Positions 30,270-40,378 of a stretch of 64,000 nucleotides of DNA are shown here, in pieces. Under the pieces are notes generated by a model that had not been told where the DNA came from, did not search any database, and saw only the letters and a program-made list of their open reading frames with translations. This DNA is from Phycisphaerae bacterium (GTDB lineage: Bacteria; Planctomycetota; Phycisphaerae; UBA1845; Fen-1342), in contig JASFQK010000024.1 of the NCBI GenBank assembly GCA_050115495.1, positions 31,039 through 95,038 on the forward strand, in the 5' to 3' direction. Position 1 is the first letter of the stretch; every line of letters begins with the position of its first letter. A program made the position numbers and the translations under genes.

Positions 30270-32240
30270 ATGGTCAGCGACAGCCCCGAGAAGCCGGCAG
30301 GTTCCCGACCGGCGGCGTCGCCGGTGCTACCATCGCTCACGCAGCGGTACGCCCGCAACCTCGCGGCCCTGTACCGCAGCCATCCGGCACTGGCCCCGCA
30401 GATCGACGCCCTGCCCTTCTCCGCCTGCGTGCCGCTGGAGCCGACGCGCGACGGGCATTACACGGTGCGACTGATCGCCGATGACGGCAAGCCGGTTTAC
30501 GCCCACAGCCGGTACCGCCCGGTGGAAGAAGCCAGCCGCTTCGTCGAGGCCCAGCGTCGCGCCCCGGCGGAGGGCACGACTGAGGACGACCCGGGCAGCC
30601 GGACGTATTTCATCGCCGGCCTGGGACTGGGATATCACCTGGAGGAGTTCGAGCGGCAGGGTCAGCCGCGGCTGATCGTGGCGGAGGACGACCTGGCGCT
30701 GATCAAGGCGGCGCTGTGTGTCGCGGATCTGTCGAAGCCGCTGGCGGACGGGCGGCTGATGCTGCTGACGTCGGTGGACAAGGGGCTCTTCCACGCCACG
30801 CTGCGTCCGGTGAACGCCGACGTGCTGCTGGGGCTGCGATTCGTCACACCGCCGCAGGCGACACGCTATCACCTCGCGTTTCAGGCCGAGGCCCGGCGGC
30901 TGCTGATGGACTTCCTCGCCTTCGCCCGGCTGCAAATGGTGACGCTGCTGCGAAACGCGAGAATCACGTGTCGCAACATCGCCTACAACCTCGGCGCGTA
31001 CCTGGCCCGGCCGGGCGTCGAGGTGCTCGCCGGTCGCGGGGCGGGCTATCCGGCGATTCTCGTGGCGGCGGGGCCGTCGCTGGCGCGCAACGTCGAGCAG
31101 TTGGGCGCGCTGCGCGAGCGGGCCGTGATCGTCGCCGTGCAGACGGTGTACAAGGCGTTGCTGGCCCGTGGGATTCGGCCGCACTTCGTGACCAGCCTGG
31201 ACTTCCATGAGATGTCGGCGCAGTTCTTCCGCGGGGCGGGCGATCCGGGCGACTGTATGCTCGTTGCCGAACCGAAGGCGACGTGGCATGTGCTCGATGC
31301 GTTCCCCGGGCGGACGCACGTGCTGAGCAACGAGTGGTACGCCGACGCCCTGCGCGAACGGGCCCCGCACCGGGCCGGTCTGCGGGCGGGCAGCACCGTG
31401 GCGCATCTGGCGTTCTACCTCGCCGAGCATCTGGGCTGCGATCCGATCATCCTCGTCGGGCAGGATCTGTCGTTCACCGAAGGGCTGTACTACCCGGCGG
31501 GCATGCCGATCGAGCAGGTCTGGGCGCCGGAGATGGGGCGCTTCGACACGATCGAGATGAAGCAGTGGGAGCGGATCGTGCGGATGCGGGCGTCGTTGCG
31601 CCTGGTCAAGGACATCCACGGGCGTGACGTGTACACGGACGACCAGATGTTCACCTACGCCGAGCAGTTCCAAAGCGATTTCGCCGGCTCGCGGGCCCGC
31701 ATCATCCACGCCAGCGAAGGCGGCATGCGGCTGGCGGGGACCGAGGTCATGACGCTGCGCGAGGCGGCGGAGCGCTACTGCACGCGCCCCCTGCCGGCGG
31801 AGCTGTTCGCCGCCGGCGGCGAGCCGGCGCCGGTCACACCGCGTGAGCAAGCCGCGGCGGCGCTGGCCGAGCGTGCGGCGGAAGTCGCGAAGCTCAAGAA
31901 GATCGCGGTGGAGATGCGCGGCCTGCTGGAGAAGCTGGTCGGGCTACTCGATCGCCCGGATGAGTTCAACCGGGTCGTAGTGCGCGTGGACGACCTGCGC
32001 ATGGAGATCCAGCAGTACGACCGCACGTACAAGATGGTCGTCGGCGTGTCGCAGGCGGCGGAGCTGCGGCGCTATTCGGCCGATCGGCGCATCGGCGAAA
32101 AGGAGCGCGAGACGCCAGAAACGGCCCGCCGGCGGCTGCTGCGCGACCGCGAGTTTGTCGAGGCGTTCATCGACGGCTGCACGTACCTGGCCGACCTGCT
32201 GCCCGAAGCCCTGGCCCGGCTGGAGAGGAAGCCCGCATGA
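30270..32240 (+). CDS. Maf/DUF115 (MptE-like domain) motility-associated glycosyltransferase family protein
   Basis: AHSRYRP.EEA, GLGLGYHL, LVAAGPSL, GIRPHFVTSLD, GSTVAH.A..LA..LGCDPIILVGQDLSF. Confidence 0.85.
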   Translation: MVSDSPEKPAGSRPAASPVLPSLTQRYARNLAALYRSHPALAPQIDALPFSACVPLEPTRDGHYTVRLIADDGKPVYAHSRYRPVEEASRFVEAQRRAPAEGTTEDDPGSRTYFIAGLGLGYHLEEFERQGQPRLIVAEDDLALIKAALCVADLSKPLADGRLMLLTSVDKGLFHATLRPVNADVLLGLRFVTPPQATRYHLAFQAEARRLLMDFLAFARLQMVTLLRNARITCRNIAYNLGAYLARPGVEVLAGRGAGYPAILVAAGPSLARNVEQLGALRERAVIVAVQTVYKALLARGIRPHFVTSLDFHEMSAQFFRGAGDPGDCMLVAEPKATWHVLDAFPGRTHVLSNEWYADALRERAPHRAGLRAGSTVAHLAFYLAEHLGCDPIILVGQDLSFTEGLYYPAGMPIEQVWAPEMGRFDTIEMKQWERIVRMRASLRLVKDIHGRDVYTDDQMFTYAEQFQSDFAGSRARIIHASEGGMRLAGTEVMTLREAAERYCTRPLPAELFAAGGEPAPVTPREQAAAALAERAAEVAKLKKIAVEMRGLLEKLVGLLDRPDEFNRVVVRVDDLRMEIQQYDRTYKMVVGVSQAAELRRYSADRRIGEKERETPETARRRLLRDREFVEAFIDGCTYLADLLPEALARLERKPA

Positions 32241-33883
32241 GAACCGTGGCGGCCGTCTTCGCCGACTTCGAGCAGACGTTCCTGGGCGGACCGAGCCAAC
32301 TGCTAAGCGAGCTCGGTGGTGTGCCGATCCTGCGGCGGACGCTCGAACGCCTGCGGCAGGTGTCGGGGCTGGATGCACGGTGCCTGCTGGTGCGGCCGCG
32401 CGACCAGGCGGCGGCGGAGCGGGCGTTGCGTTCCTGGGAACTGACGGGAGCAATCGAGTTGTTGCCGCTCGATCGTGGCGTGCGGCCGCGGCAAGGGCTG
32501 CTGCGCTCGGCGCGGAAGTGGCTGCTCGACGGATGGCGCGGCAGTCCGCTGGGCACGACGTGGTTCGACGAATACCTCGACCTGGTGGGCGTGGCCCAGG
32601 TGCTCGACCATTACGAGTGTCACGCCGTGCTGGCCCTCGAAGGGCACATGCCGCTGCTCGACGTCGAGCTCTGCGGGGCGATGGTCGGGCAAACAAGCGA
32701 CTTCGAGGGTGAGGCGAAGATGATGTTCACGCAGGCTCCGCCCGGGCTGGCCGGCGTGATCCTGCATCGCGACCTCACCCGCGAGTTGCTCGAACAGGAC
32801 ATCCCGCTCGGGCTGCTGCTCACGTATCGCCCGGAGATTCCCCGGGGCGACCCGATCAACCAGCCGATCTGCACGCACGTTGCCGACGAGGTAGCTCACA
32901 CGGCGATGCGGCTCACCGGTGACACCCGGCGTTCACGCGAGCTGCTTGCCGCCGCCATCGCGGAACTGGGCGAGCCACTGGACGCAGCGGGCGTCTGTCG
33001 CTGGCTGCGACAGCAGTCGCCGGAAGCCGCCTGCGGCCCGCTGCCGGTCGAGGTCGAGCTGGAGTTGACCACCGACGATCCGCTGCCGGAGACGACGCTC
33101 CGCCCGCGTGGGTCGCGCGTGCCGCGACGGCACTTGCAGGATCTGGAAGCGGTGTCGCGGCTGGCGGCGGAGCTGGCGGCGTATGACGACCGCTGCGTCG
33201 TGCTCGGCGGACACGGCGACCCGCTGGCTCATCCGGACTTCCACGAGGTCTGTCGCCGACTGCGCGACGGTGGCGTGACTGGGCTCGCGGTGGTGACGCC
33301 GCTGGTGGCATTATCAGACGCCCACCTCGCCGCCCTGGCCGAGGCGAAGGTGGACATGCTCCAGGTGCGGCTGGACGCGGACAGCCCGGAAACGTACCGG
33401 GCGGTACACGGGGCGGATCACTTCGGCCAGGTCACGGATAACGTGGCCCGGGTCGAGCGGATGCGGCAGGAGCAGCACAGCCCGCAGCCGACCGTGGCGT
33501 GCAGCCTGACGCGCTGTGCCGCCACGCTGGCGGAGATAGAGCGTTTCTACGATCGGTGGATCCGGGCGACGGGCTGGGCTGTGATCGAAGGATACAACGA
33601 GTACTGCGGCGAGCTGCCGGCGGACACGCTCCTGCCGACGGAGCCGCCGGTACGGGGGCCCTGCCGGCGGCTGGGGCGGCGGCTGATGCTGCTGGCGGAC
33701 GGCAGCGCGGTAGTGTGCGGGCAGGACTTGCGGGGAGAGAGCCGGGTCGGGAACTGGTTTTCGGAACCGCTATCGGAGATATGGGCCGGAGCGAACCTGG
33801 GGGCAATTCGAAGGCATCACAGCGAGCTGGACCTGCGTGATCTGCCCCTATGTGGGCGCTGTCGCGAATGGTACCGGCCCTAG
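32237..33883 (+). CDS. Cytidylyltransferase-like + degenerate radical-SAM + SPASM-domain protein
   Basis: ATGA overlap with the upstream gene; LGGVPIL..TLERL N-terminus; GGHGDPLAHPDF; SPASM motif PCRRL..L.LLADG..VVC.QD...CGRC. Confidence 0.8.
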   Translation: MRTVAAVFADFEQTFLGGPSQLLSELGGVPILRRTLERLRQVSGLDARCLLVRPRDQAAAERALRSWELTGAIELLPLDRGVRPRQGLLRSARKWLLDGWRGSPLGTTWFDEYLDLVGVAQVLDHYECHAVLALEGHMPLLDVELCGAMVGQTSDFEGEAKMMFTQAPPGLAGVILHRDLTRELLEQDIPLGLLLTYRPEIPRGDPINQPICTHVADEVAHTAMRLTGDTRRSRELLAAAIAELGEPLDAAGVCRWLRQQSPEAACGPLPVEVELELTTDDPLPETTLRPRGSRVPRRHLQDLEAVSRLAAELAAYDDRCVVLGGHGDPLAHPDFHEVCRRLRDGGVTGLAVVTPLVALSDAHLAALAEAKVDMLQVRLDADSPETYRAVHGADHFGQVTDNVARVERMRQEQHSPQPTVACSLTRCAATLAEIERFYDRWIRATGWAVIEGYNEYCGELPADTLLPTEPPVRGPCRRLGRRLMLLADGSAVVCGQDLRGESRVGNWFSEPLSEIWAGANLGAIRRHHSELDLRDLPLCGRCREWYRP

Positions 33884-33929
33884 ACGAATTCGGACCAAGT
33901 GACGGTTTCGCGCTGGTTTCGATTTCCTA

Positions 33930-33958
33930 TTGAAACCCACCAAGGGCCACGATAGGAT
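33930..33958 (+). promoter_or_regulatory. Sigma70-like promoter
   Basis: TTGAAA-17 nt-TAGGAT in an AT-rich intergenic stretch. Confidence 0.5.
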
Positions 33959-34148
33959 TTGATAGAGATGAGGTGGCCTCAGGCGTAACATCATAATTTA
34001 CCGACTGTAACGGACTTATCTCGTTCATACGCCACTCCTACCTCAGCGGACAATTGGAATATGTTTGCCTGGGGCACGAGGCGACGTGCATGCTTGCGGT
34101 GCAGCCGCACCGTCAGGTATGGTGATCACGTCGGAACGAGGTGTAGTC

Positions 34149-34445
34149 GTGTCGGATACTGTCAAGTGCAGTTGTTCGCACTGTGGTGCCAAGTATCGCC
34201 TGCCGGTGGAAGCACAGGGGCGGTCGGCACGGTGTAAACGGTGCGGCAAGCGCTTCGAGGTTCCACGTCAGGAAAACCTCGAAGACACCATCCTCTCCTG
34301 GCTGGCGTCGCCAGAGGAGGAGGAACAGGAAGAGGTCGCCCGCCCGCGGATCATCAACATGCCGGACGAACAGGCCGGCGATGAAGAGGCCGCCAAGCGG
34401 GTACGCGGCCCGATCCGGATGAAGGCCACCAAGGCCGGGGAGTAG
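34149..34445 (+). CDS. Small zinc-ribbon protein with acidic tail
   Basis: GAGG SD before GTG; CSHC..CKRC; LEDTILSWL; EEEEQEE. Confidence 0.75.
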   Translation: MSDTVKCSCSHCGAKYRLPVEAQGRSARCKRCGKRFEVPRQENLEDTILSWLASPEEEEQEEVARPRIINMPDEQAGDEEAAKRVRGPIRMKATKAGE

Positions 34446-34557
34446 GCCCGACCCCTGCGGCCGCCGACAGTGGCGGCGCCAGCGCGGTCCGGGCAGTGGG
34501 GAAAGCTCGCAGGAGCAAGTGAGCGGCGCAGATTCTGCGCCGTGGCCGGCGGCAGTG

Positions 34558-37500
34558 TCAGTCCTGCGCCGCGGCCGGCGCCCCGTACCACACGCGGGCC
34601 AGCAGGCGCAGGATGTCCTCACGCACCTTGTAGACGGCGGGAACGAGCACGAGGGTCAGCACGGTGGCGAACGCCAACCCGAAGCTGATCGAGATCGCCA
34701 TTGGGATCAGGAACCGGGCCTGAAACGACGTTTCACACAGCAACGGGGCCAGTCCCAAGATCGTCGTCAGCGAAGTGAGCAGGATCGGCCGCAGCCGGCG
34801 ACGGGCGGCGGTTATTACCGCTTCGGTCTCCGGCCGGCCAGCGGCCCGTTCCTTGTTCACAAAGTCCACCATGATTAAGGCGTCGTTAACGACGATCCCC
34901 GTCAGAGCCACGAAACCGATCGAGGACATGATGGTCAGGGGGTACCCCATCAGCCAGTGCCCGGCTACGGAGCCGACCAGACCGAAAGGCACGGAGACCA
35001 GCACGATGAACGGCTGCGTGTAGCTGCGGAAGAGACCGGCCAGCATAACGTAGATGATGACGAGGGCGATGCAGAAGTCGCGGCGGAGCGAGCCGAGTGA
35101 CTTGAGCGTCTCGCGCTTGTTGCCGGCGAACTCGATATGCACACCGGCGTGGCTGCTTTCGAGGCCGGCCACGGTGTCGGCGAGTTCGGCGATGATGAGG
35201 TCGGCGTTGGTCTGGGACTGGTCGACGTCGGCGGAGACGGTCACGGCCTGGCGCTGATCGAGGCGGTGGATGGCGGCGGTGCCGCGGGCCTCGACGAGGC
35301 GAGCGACCTCGCAGAAGGGAACCATGGCACCGGCCGGCGTGGCGATGCGCATGGACTCGAGCTCGTAGACCTGCCGGCGGCGATCGGCGGGGAAGCGAAC
35401 GCGGATGTCCACGTCCTCACGGGCCCGCTGGAGCGTACGGGCTTCGAGGCCGTAGAAGGCCCCGCGCACCTCGGTGGCCAGCGCCTGCGTGGTCAGGCCG
35501 AGCGGGCGGGCGCTGTCGAACAACTCGATCTGCACCTCGCGGTGGCCGGCCTCGTAGTCGTCGGTGATGTCGTAAACGCCCTTGTGGTCGGCGAGCACGT
35601 CCCGCAGGTGATCGGTGACAGCGAGGATGTCGGGCAGATGCTCGCCGGTGACTTCGACCTCCACGTCCATGCCCGCCGGGCCAGCCTGAAGCGGCTGGTA
35701 GCGGAGCGAGTTGACGCCGACGATGTCGCGGGTGCGGTCGCGCAGCTCAGCGATGATCTGGTCGCTGCTGCGCTCGCGTCGCTCGATGGTGTTGAGCTCG
35801 ATGATGGCCTGGCCGATGTGTGCGCGGCGGCTGACCGTAGCGCCGCCCTCGTCGGCGGTGATCTGGGCGCCGACGATCGTGTAGACGCTGTTTACCTCGC
35901 CGGTGTCGTGAAGGTGGAGGGCGGCGTCTTCGACTTGGCGGAGCGCATCTTCGGTGCGAGCCACGGGCGTGCCGACGGGCATTTCAAGATTGACGAGCAA
36001 CGTCTCGGAATCGACGTCCTGGAAGAACACGTACGGCACGCGGCCGCCGGCCACCAGCCCCAGCATCACGAGGAACAGGCAGAGCACGGCGGCGATGGTC
36101 GTGTAGCGGTAGCGGACGGCGAGGCGCAGCCCGGCCTCGTAGAGGTGGCCGAGCCGGGCGCCCAGCACATTCCGCTGGTGGTCGCGAATGACCCGGATCG
36201 CGCGGAGCAGCGGATTGCGCGTCGGCGTGTGGTTGAGATCACGCCGGACCGGCCGCAGCCATTCCGCCAGGTGCGAGGGCAGGATCGATAGCGCTTCGAG
36301 CAGTGAGACGGCCAGGGCGCACATCACGACGACCGGCAGCACGCCCATGAAATCGCCGATGCGGCCCTCGATCAGCAGGAGCGGAGCGAAGGCACCGATC
36401 GTGGTGAGCACGGCGATGACGACGGGCCAGGCTACCTCCTCGGCACCGGTGATGGCGGCGCTGCGCGGATCCTCGCCGGCCTCGATGTGGGCGAAGGTGT
36501 TCTCACCCACGACGATGGCGTCGTCCACGATCAGACCGAGCACGACGATCAGGCCGAACATGCTGATGAGGTTGAGCGTTTCGCCCAGCATCTGCATCAC
36601 CATGATCGAACCGCAGACGGCGAGCAGCAGACCCATCAGAACCCAGAACGCCAGCCGCCAGTTGAGAAAGAAGAGCAGCGAGAGGAAGACGAACGACAAC
36701 CCCCACAGGCCGTTGCGGGTGAGCAGCTCGAGGCGGTCCTCGATGTAGCGGGCCAGGTTGCTGTGCGTGTAGAGCTCGACGTCGTCCGGATAGGGATCGT
36801 TCCAGGCCCGCTGGTAGACCTGCTGGGCGGCGGTCTGGCCGAACAGACCCTTGAACCGGGTGGTCCAGTCCCACTCGATCGGTTCGTGGCGTTTGCCGGC
36901 GACGAAAGCGCGAACTTTCTGCGAGATGTCGATGGCGTCCTGGTCGCCGGTCTTGTAGACGGTGACGTCGACGGCCGGCTTGCCGTTGAAGCGACCGCGA
37001 ACGTCGCTGTCCTCGAAGCCGTCGATGACGCGGGCCAGGTCGCTGACGCGGACGATGTCGCCGTCGGGCATGGTGCGGACGATGGTACGAGCGATGACCT
37101 CGGTCTGGTCGCTCTCGCCGAGCGTGCGGACGGCGACGTCCTGGTCGGGCGTCTTCAGCGTGCCGGCGGGCAGGTCGAGGTTGGCGTGGCGGATGGCCTC
37201 GGTGACGGCGGCCAGCGACAGGTGATACTCGATGAGCTTCTCGGGCTCGACCTCAACGGTGAGCTCGGCCTTGCGGGTGCCCTCGAGGACGACGTCGGTG
37301 ATGCCCGGCAGGAGCAGCAGGTCGTCACGCAGGCGCTGGCCGGCGGCCTTCAGCGTGGCCTCGTCGACGTCGCCGAAGACGGCCACGGAGATGACCGGCA
37401 GACGCGGCTCGAAGTCCATGACGCGGCTCTGCTCGGCGTCGGTGGGGAGCTCGTCGCGGGGGATGGCGTCGATGGCGGCCTTGACGTCGTTGACCTTTTG

Positions 37501-37812
37501 GTTGAGGTCGGTGATGCCGCTCTCCAATTCGACCATGATCGTGCAGAGGCCTTCGCTGATGTGCGTGTCGATCTGGTCGATGTCCTCGATGTCGCGGATG
37601 GCCTCTTCGAGACGGAGGGCGAGCCCCTTTTCGACCTCGCGTGGCGTGGCGCCGGGATAGACGGTGGTGACGAGGACGCTGTTCGGGCGAGACTCGGGGA
37701 ACATCTCGCGGACGAGCGTGAACGCCGCGTAGACGCCGCCGACGAGGATCGCGGTCATCAGCACGCCGACGAGAACGGGATTCTCGACGCTGAGCCGAGG
37801 CAGCGACTTCAT
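34558..37812 (-). CDS. RND efflux permease (AcrB/AcrD/AcrF family)
   Basis: 1084 aa; YPGATP.EVE, LGLIVDDAIVVGEN, GIVVNDAL, RRLRPILLTSLTT. Confidence 0.95.
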   Translation of the reverse strand: MKSLPRLSVENPVLVGVLMTAILVGGVYAAFTLVREMFPESRPNSVLVTTVYPGATPREVEKGLALRLEEAIRDIEDIDQIDTHISEGLCTIMVELESGITDLNQKVNDVKAAIDAIPRDELPTDAEQSRVMDFEPRLPVISVAVFGDVDEATLKAAGQRLRDDLLLLPGITDVVLEGTRKAELTVEVEPEKLIEYHLSLAAVTEAIRHANLDLPAGTLKTPDQDVAVRTLGESDQTEVIARTIVRTMPDGDIVRVSDLARVIDGFEDSDVRGRFNGKPAVDVTVYKTGDQDAIDISQKVRAFVAGKRHEPIEWDWTTRFKGLFGQTAAQQVYQRAWNDPYPDDVELYTHSNLARYIEDRLELLTRNGLWGLSFVFLSLLFFLNWRLAFWVLMGLLLAVCGSIMVMQMLGETLNLISMFGLIVVLGLIVDDAIVVGENTFAHIEAGEDPRSAAITGAEEVAWPVVIAVLTTIGAFAPLLLIEGRIGDFMGVLPVVVMCALAVSLLEALSILPSHLAEWLRPVRRDLNHTPTRNPLLRAIRVIRDHQRNVLGARLGHLYEAGLRLAVRYRYTTIAAVLCLFLVMLGLVAGGRVPYVFFQDVDSETLLVNLEMPVGTPVARTEDALRQVEDAALHLHDTGEVNSVYTIVGAQITADEGGATVSRRAHIGQAIIELNTIERRERSSDQIIAELRDRTRDIVGVNSLRYQPLQAGPAGMDVEVEVTGEHLPDILAVTDHLRDVLADHKGVYDITDDYEAGHREVQIELFDSARPLGLTTQALATEVRGAFYGLEARTLQRAREDVDIRVRFPADRRRQVYELESMRIATPAGAMVPFCEVARLVEARGTAAIHRLDQRQAVTVSADVDQSQTNADLIIAELADTVAGLESSHAGVHIEFAGNKRETLKSLGSLRRDFCIALVIIYVMLAGLFRSYTQPFIVLVSVPFGLVGSVAGHWLMGYPLTIMSSIGFVALTGIVVNDALIMVDFVNKERAAGRPETEAVITAARRRLRPILLTSLTTILGLAPLLCETSFQARFLIPMAISISFGLAFATVLTLVLVPAVYKVREDILRLLARVWYGAPAAAQD

Positions 37813-39134
37813 GGCGTGCTCATGGAGTGGGCCTGCGGCTGCGTGGTGGGCACGCGGCCGGCGAAGGCCGGCCGGCTCGTGGGGCTCGCGCCGGCCAGAA
37901 GGACCTCGACGGGAGCGCCGTCGTAGAGGGCGTCGAGATTACTGGTGATGACGACGTCGCCGGGATGCAGACCCGTGACGACGGTTTCGTCGAGCAGGTG
38001 GCGTTCGACGTGGATGGGTCGCTGGCGCGCGCAGCCGTTGTGGTAGATGAAAACGCGCTCGTCCTGGATGCAGCCCCGCGGAACGAGCAGGACGTCGTCG
38101 TGCTCGGGGCCGTCGATGCAGGCCTGGACGAACGTGCCGGGGATGAGCGGCTGGCGCTGGGTGGCGTTGTCGACCTCGACGAAGACGGGGAACGTGCGGG
38201 TTAGCTCGTCGGCCAGTGGCGCTGCGCGGGCCACGCGACCCTGCCAGAAGGCGTCGCGGCGACTGTCGAGGGTCAACTGCACCGGGGCACCGCAGGCAAT
38301 CCGGTCGTGCTGCGAGACGGGCAACTCGACGGGCACCTCGATCCGCCGGGGATCCACCAGGAGGAAGAGCCGCTGGCCGGGGACGACGTGCTCGCCCCGC
38401 TCGACGCCGACGGCATCGAGGCGGCCGGCGAAGGGGGCAGTGACGGTGCAGCGTTGGAGGTTGACGTCTGCGAGGTCGAGATCGGCCCGGGCAAGGTCGC
38501 AGGCGGCCTGCTGCTGGGCCCGGCGTTCGGGGAGCAGGGCCTGCTGGTTGCGGAGCGTCCGCAATTCGCGGCGGGCCTGCTCGAAGATGAGCCGGGCCTG
38601 GTCGAGCTCGCGCTCGCTGGAGTTGCCCTGTTCGAGCAGGTCGCGGATGCGGGTCAGCTCACGCTCGGCGACGGCGAATTCCTCGGTGGCGATGGACTCG
38701 AGGGCGGCGAGATTGCCCTCCTCGACGTCGCACTGGGCCAGGGCGGCGGTCTCGGCGGTGAGGCGACTGCGGGCGCGGTCACGGGCCGCCTGGTAGTCGC
38801 GGTCGTCGACGCGGAGCAGCACATCGCCCTCAACCACCGCCTGACCGGATTTGAGACGGTCGGCGGCGAAGACGACCTGGCCGGCGACCTGGGCTGCAAT
38901 CCAGGCCTGGCGGTCGGCCCGGGCGGTGCCGTAACCCACGATGGGCTCTATCTTTGTCTGCGGTTGCAGGGCGATAGCCTGGACGACGAGGGGTGGTCGG
39001 GCCGTGTCCGCGGTCGGCGGCGCAGGGCGCGTGCGCACCAGGTAGCCCAGCGAAAGGACGCCGGCGGCTAACAGAGCGATCACCAGCACAAAAGATAGGA
39101 TGATCTGCCGTCGCATCTGCGCTCTTTGGCTCAC
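37809..39134 (-). CDS. RND periplasmic adaptor (membrane fusion protein)
   Basis: N-terminal TM, VAGQV, helical hairpin, VTAPFAG, TRTFPVFVE; ATGA overlap with the permease. Confidence 0.92.
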   Translation of the reverse strand: MSQRAQMRRQIILSFVLVIALLAAGVLSLGYLVRTRPAPPTADTARPPLVVQAIALQPQTKIEPIVGYGTARADRQAWIAAQVAGQVVFAADRLKSGQAVVEGDVLLRVDDRDYQAARDRARSRLTAETAALAQCDVEEGNLAALESIATEEFAVAERELTRIRDLLEQGNSSERELDQARLIFEQARRELRTLRNQQALLPERRAQQQAACDLARADLDLADVNLQRCTVTAPFAGRLDAVGVERGEHVVPGQRLFLLVDPRRIEVPVELPVSQHDRIACGAPVQLTLDSRRDAFWQGRVARAAPLADELTRTFPVFVEVDNATQRQPLIPGTFVQACIDGPEHDDVLLVPRGCIQDERVFIYHNGCARQRPIHVERHLLDETVVTGLHPGDVVITSNLDALYDGAPVEVLLAGASPTSRPAFAGRVPTTQPQAHSMSTP

Positions 39135-39283
39135 CGCGAATGGCCCCGTGGGCCTGACCCGCAGGCCATACGAGCCGGTCCGCCGTGCCTCCAGGAGCGG
39201 CTGGTGCGGCAGGTGAGCACGGGGGGATTATAGACGGCCCCTGGCGGTGGACAAAGGGCGCGACCGGCCCCAACAATGGAGCC

Positions 39284-40372
39284 ATGAGCGCCAGCAAACC
39301 GATCGTGGTGCATCTGCTCGCCGGAGACGCCTGCCGGGAGCGGCTCGCCGTGCTGCACGCGCTGGTCGAGCAGCCCGCCGGCGAGTTCGCACATCGCGTA
39401 ATACGGCTGGAATCGACGGCTCCCCCCTACCGCGACGCGGAGCTTATCCGGACGCCGCTGGAGTTGGGCTGGCTGAAAACGCGGATGCTGAGGCGGACGC
39501 TAGCTGGGGACCACCCCTTTACGATTCTTCACGCGTGGTCGCCGAGGGCGCTGGCCTGGTGCCCGGCCGATGCGCCGCTGCTGGTCGAGGCGCAATCGGT
39601 CGCGGAGGCGGAGTCGCTTTGGCAGAAATTGGCGACGGGCAATGTCGCTATCTCCTGCCCTACGGAGTCGCTCCGCCGGCAACTTGGCAGGCGGGGAATC
39701 CCGGCGGAGTCGACGGTGCTGCTGCGGGACGTGGCGGATGGGCGGCCCGCAGACGGTGCGGAGCGAACCGAGCTCCGGGAGCGGCTGGGCTGGTCGGCGG
39801 AGACGGTGGGCATCGTCGCGGTTCCGCCGGCGTCGCGGGCGACGGGAACGTTCGTCGCGGCGTGGGCGGTGATGGTGCTCGGCGAATCGAAGCCAAACGT
39901 GCGGCTGCTGCTGCGGAAGGACGGGCGCGAGGCACGCCGAGTCATGCGGCTCGCGGAGGCGATCGAGCGTTCGCACCTAGTGACGCTCGTGGATCGAAGC
40001 TGGACGGCGGCGATGATGCAGGCGGCGGACATCGCGGTGTATCTGCCAGGCGGGAGCGCGCCACTGGGCGGGCTGGCCGCGGCGATGGCGGCGGGCTGTC
40101 CGTTGGCGACGACGGGCGTGCCGAGTGTCCGCGAAGTGCTCCGCGACGGGGTCGAGGCGCGATTCTGCCCGCCGGCTGATCCGGAGACGACGGCGCGGCT
40201 GCTGCTGAAGATGACGGAGCAGCCGGAGGAAACGGCGCGGCTGGGGCAGGCGGCGCGGGCCCGGGCCACGGAGCTGTTTGGAGTATCCGTCGGCGTGGCG
40301 GCGTATGAGCGGGTGTACGCGAACCTGGCCGCCGGCCGGCGTGCGGCGGCGGTCTGTGTCGCGAGTTCGTAG
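39284..40372 (+). CDS. Glycosyltransferase family 4 (GT-B), divergent
   Basis: AADIAV..AMAAGCP..T..EVL.DG..PPADPE..LG.AAR.RA. Confidence 0.75.
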   Translation: MSASKPIVVHLLAGDACRERLAVLHALVEQPAGEFAHRVIRLESTAPPYRDAELIRTPLELGWLKTRMLRRTLAGDHPFTILHAWSPRALAWCPADAPLLVEAQSVAEAESLWQKLATGNVAISCPTESLRRQLGRRGIPAESTVLLRDVADGRPADGAERTELRERLGWSAETVGIVAVPPASRATGTFVAAWAVMVLGESKPNVRLLLRKDGREARRVMRLAEAIERSHLVTLVDRSWTAAMMQAADIAVYLPGGSAPLGGLAAAMAAGCPLATTGVPSVREVLRDGVEARFCPPADPETTARLLLKMTEQPEETARLGQAARARATELFGVSVGVAAYERVYANLAAGRRAAAVCVASS

Positions 40373-40378
40373 GGGGCG

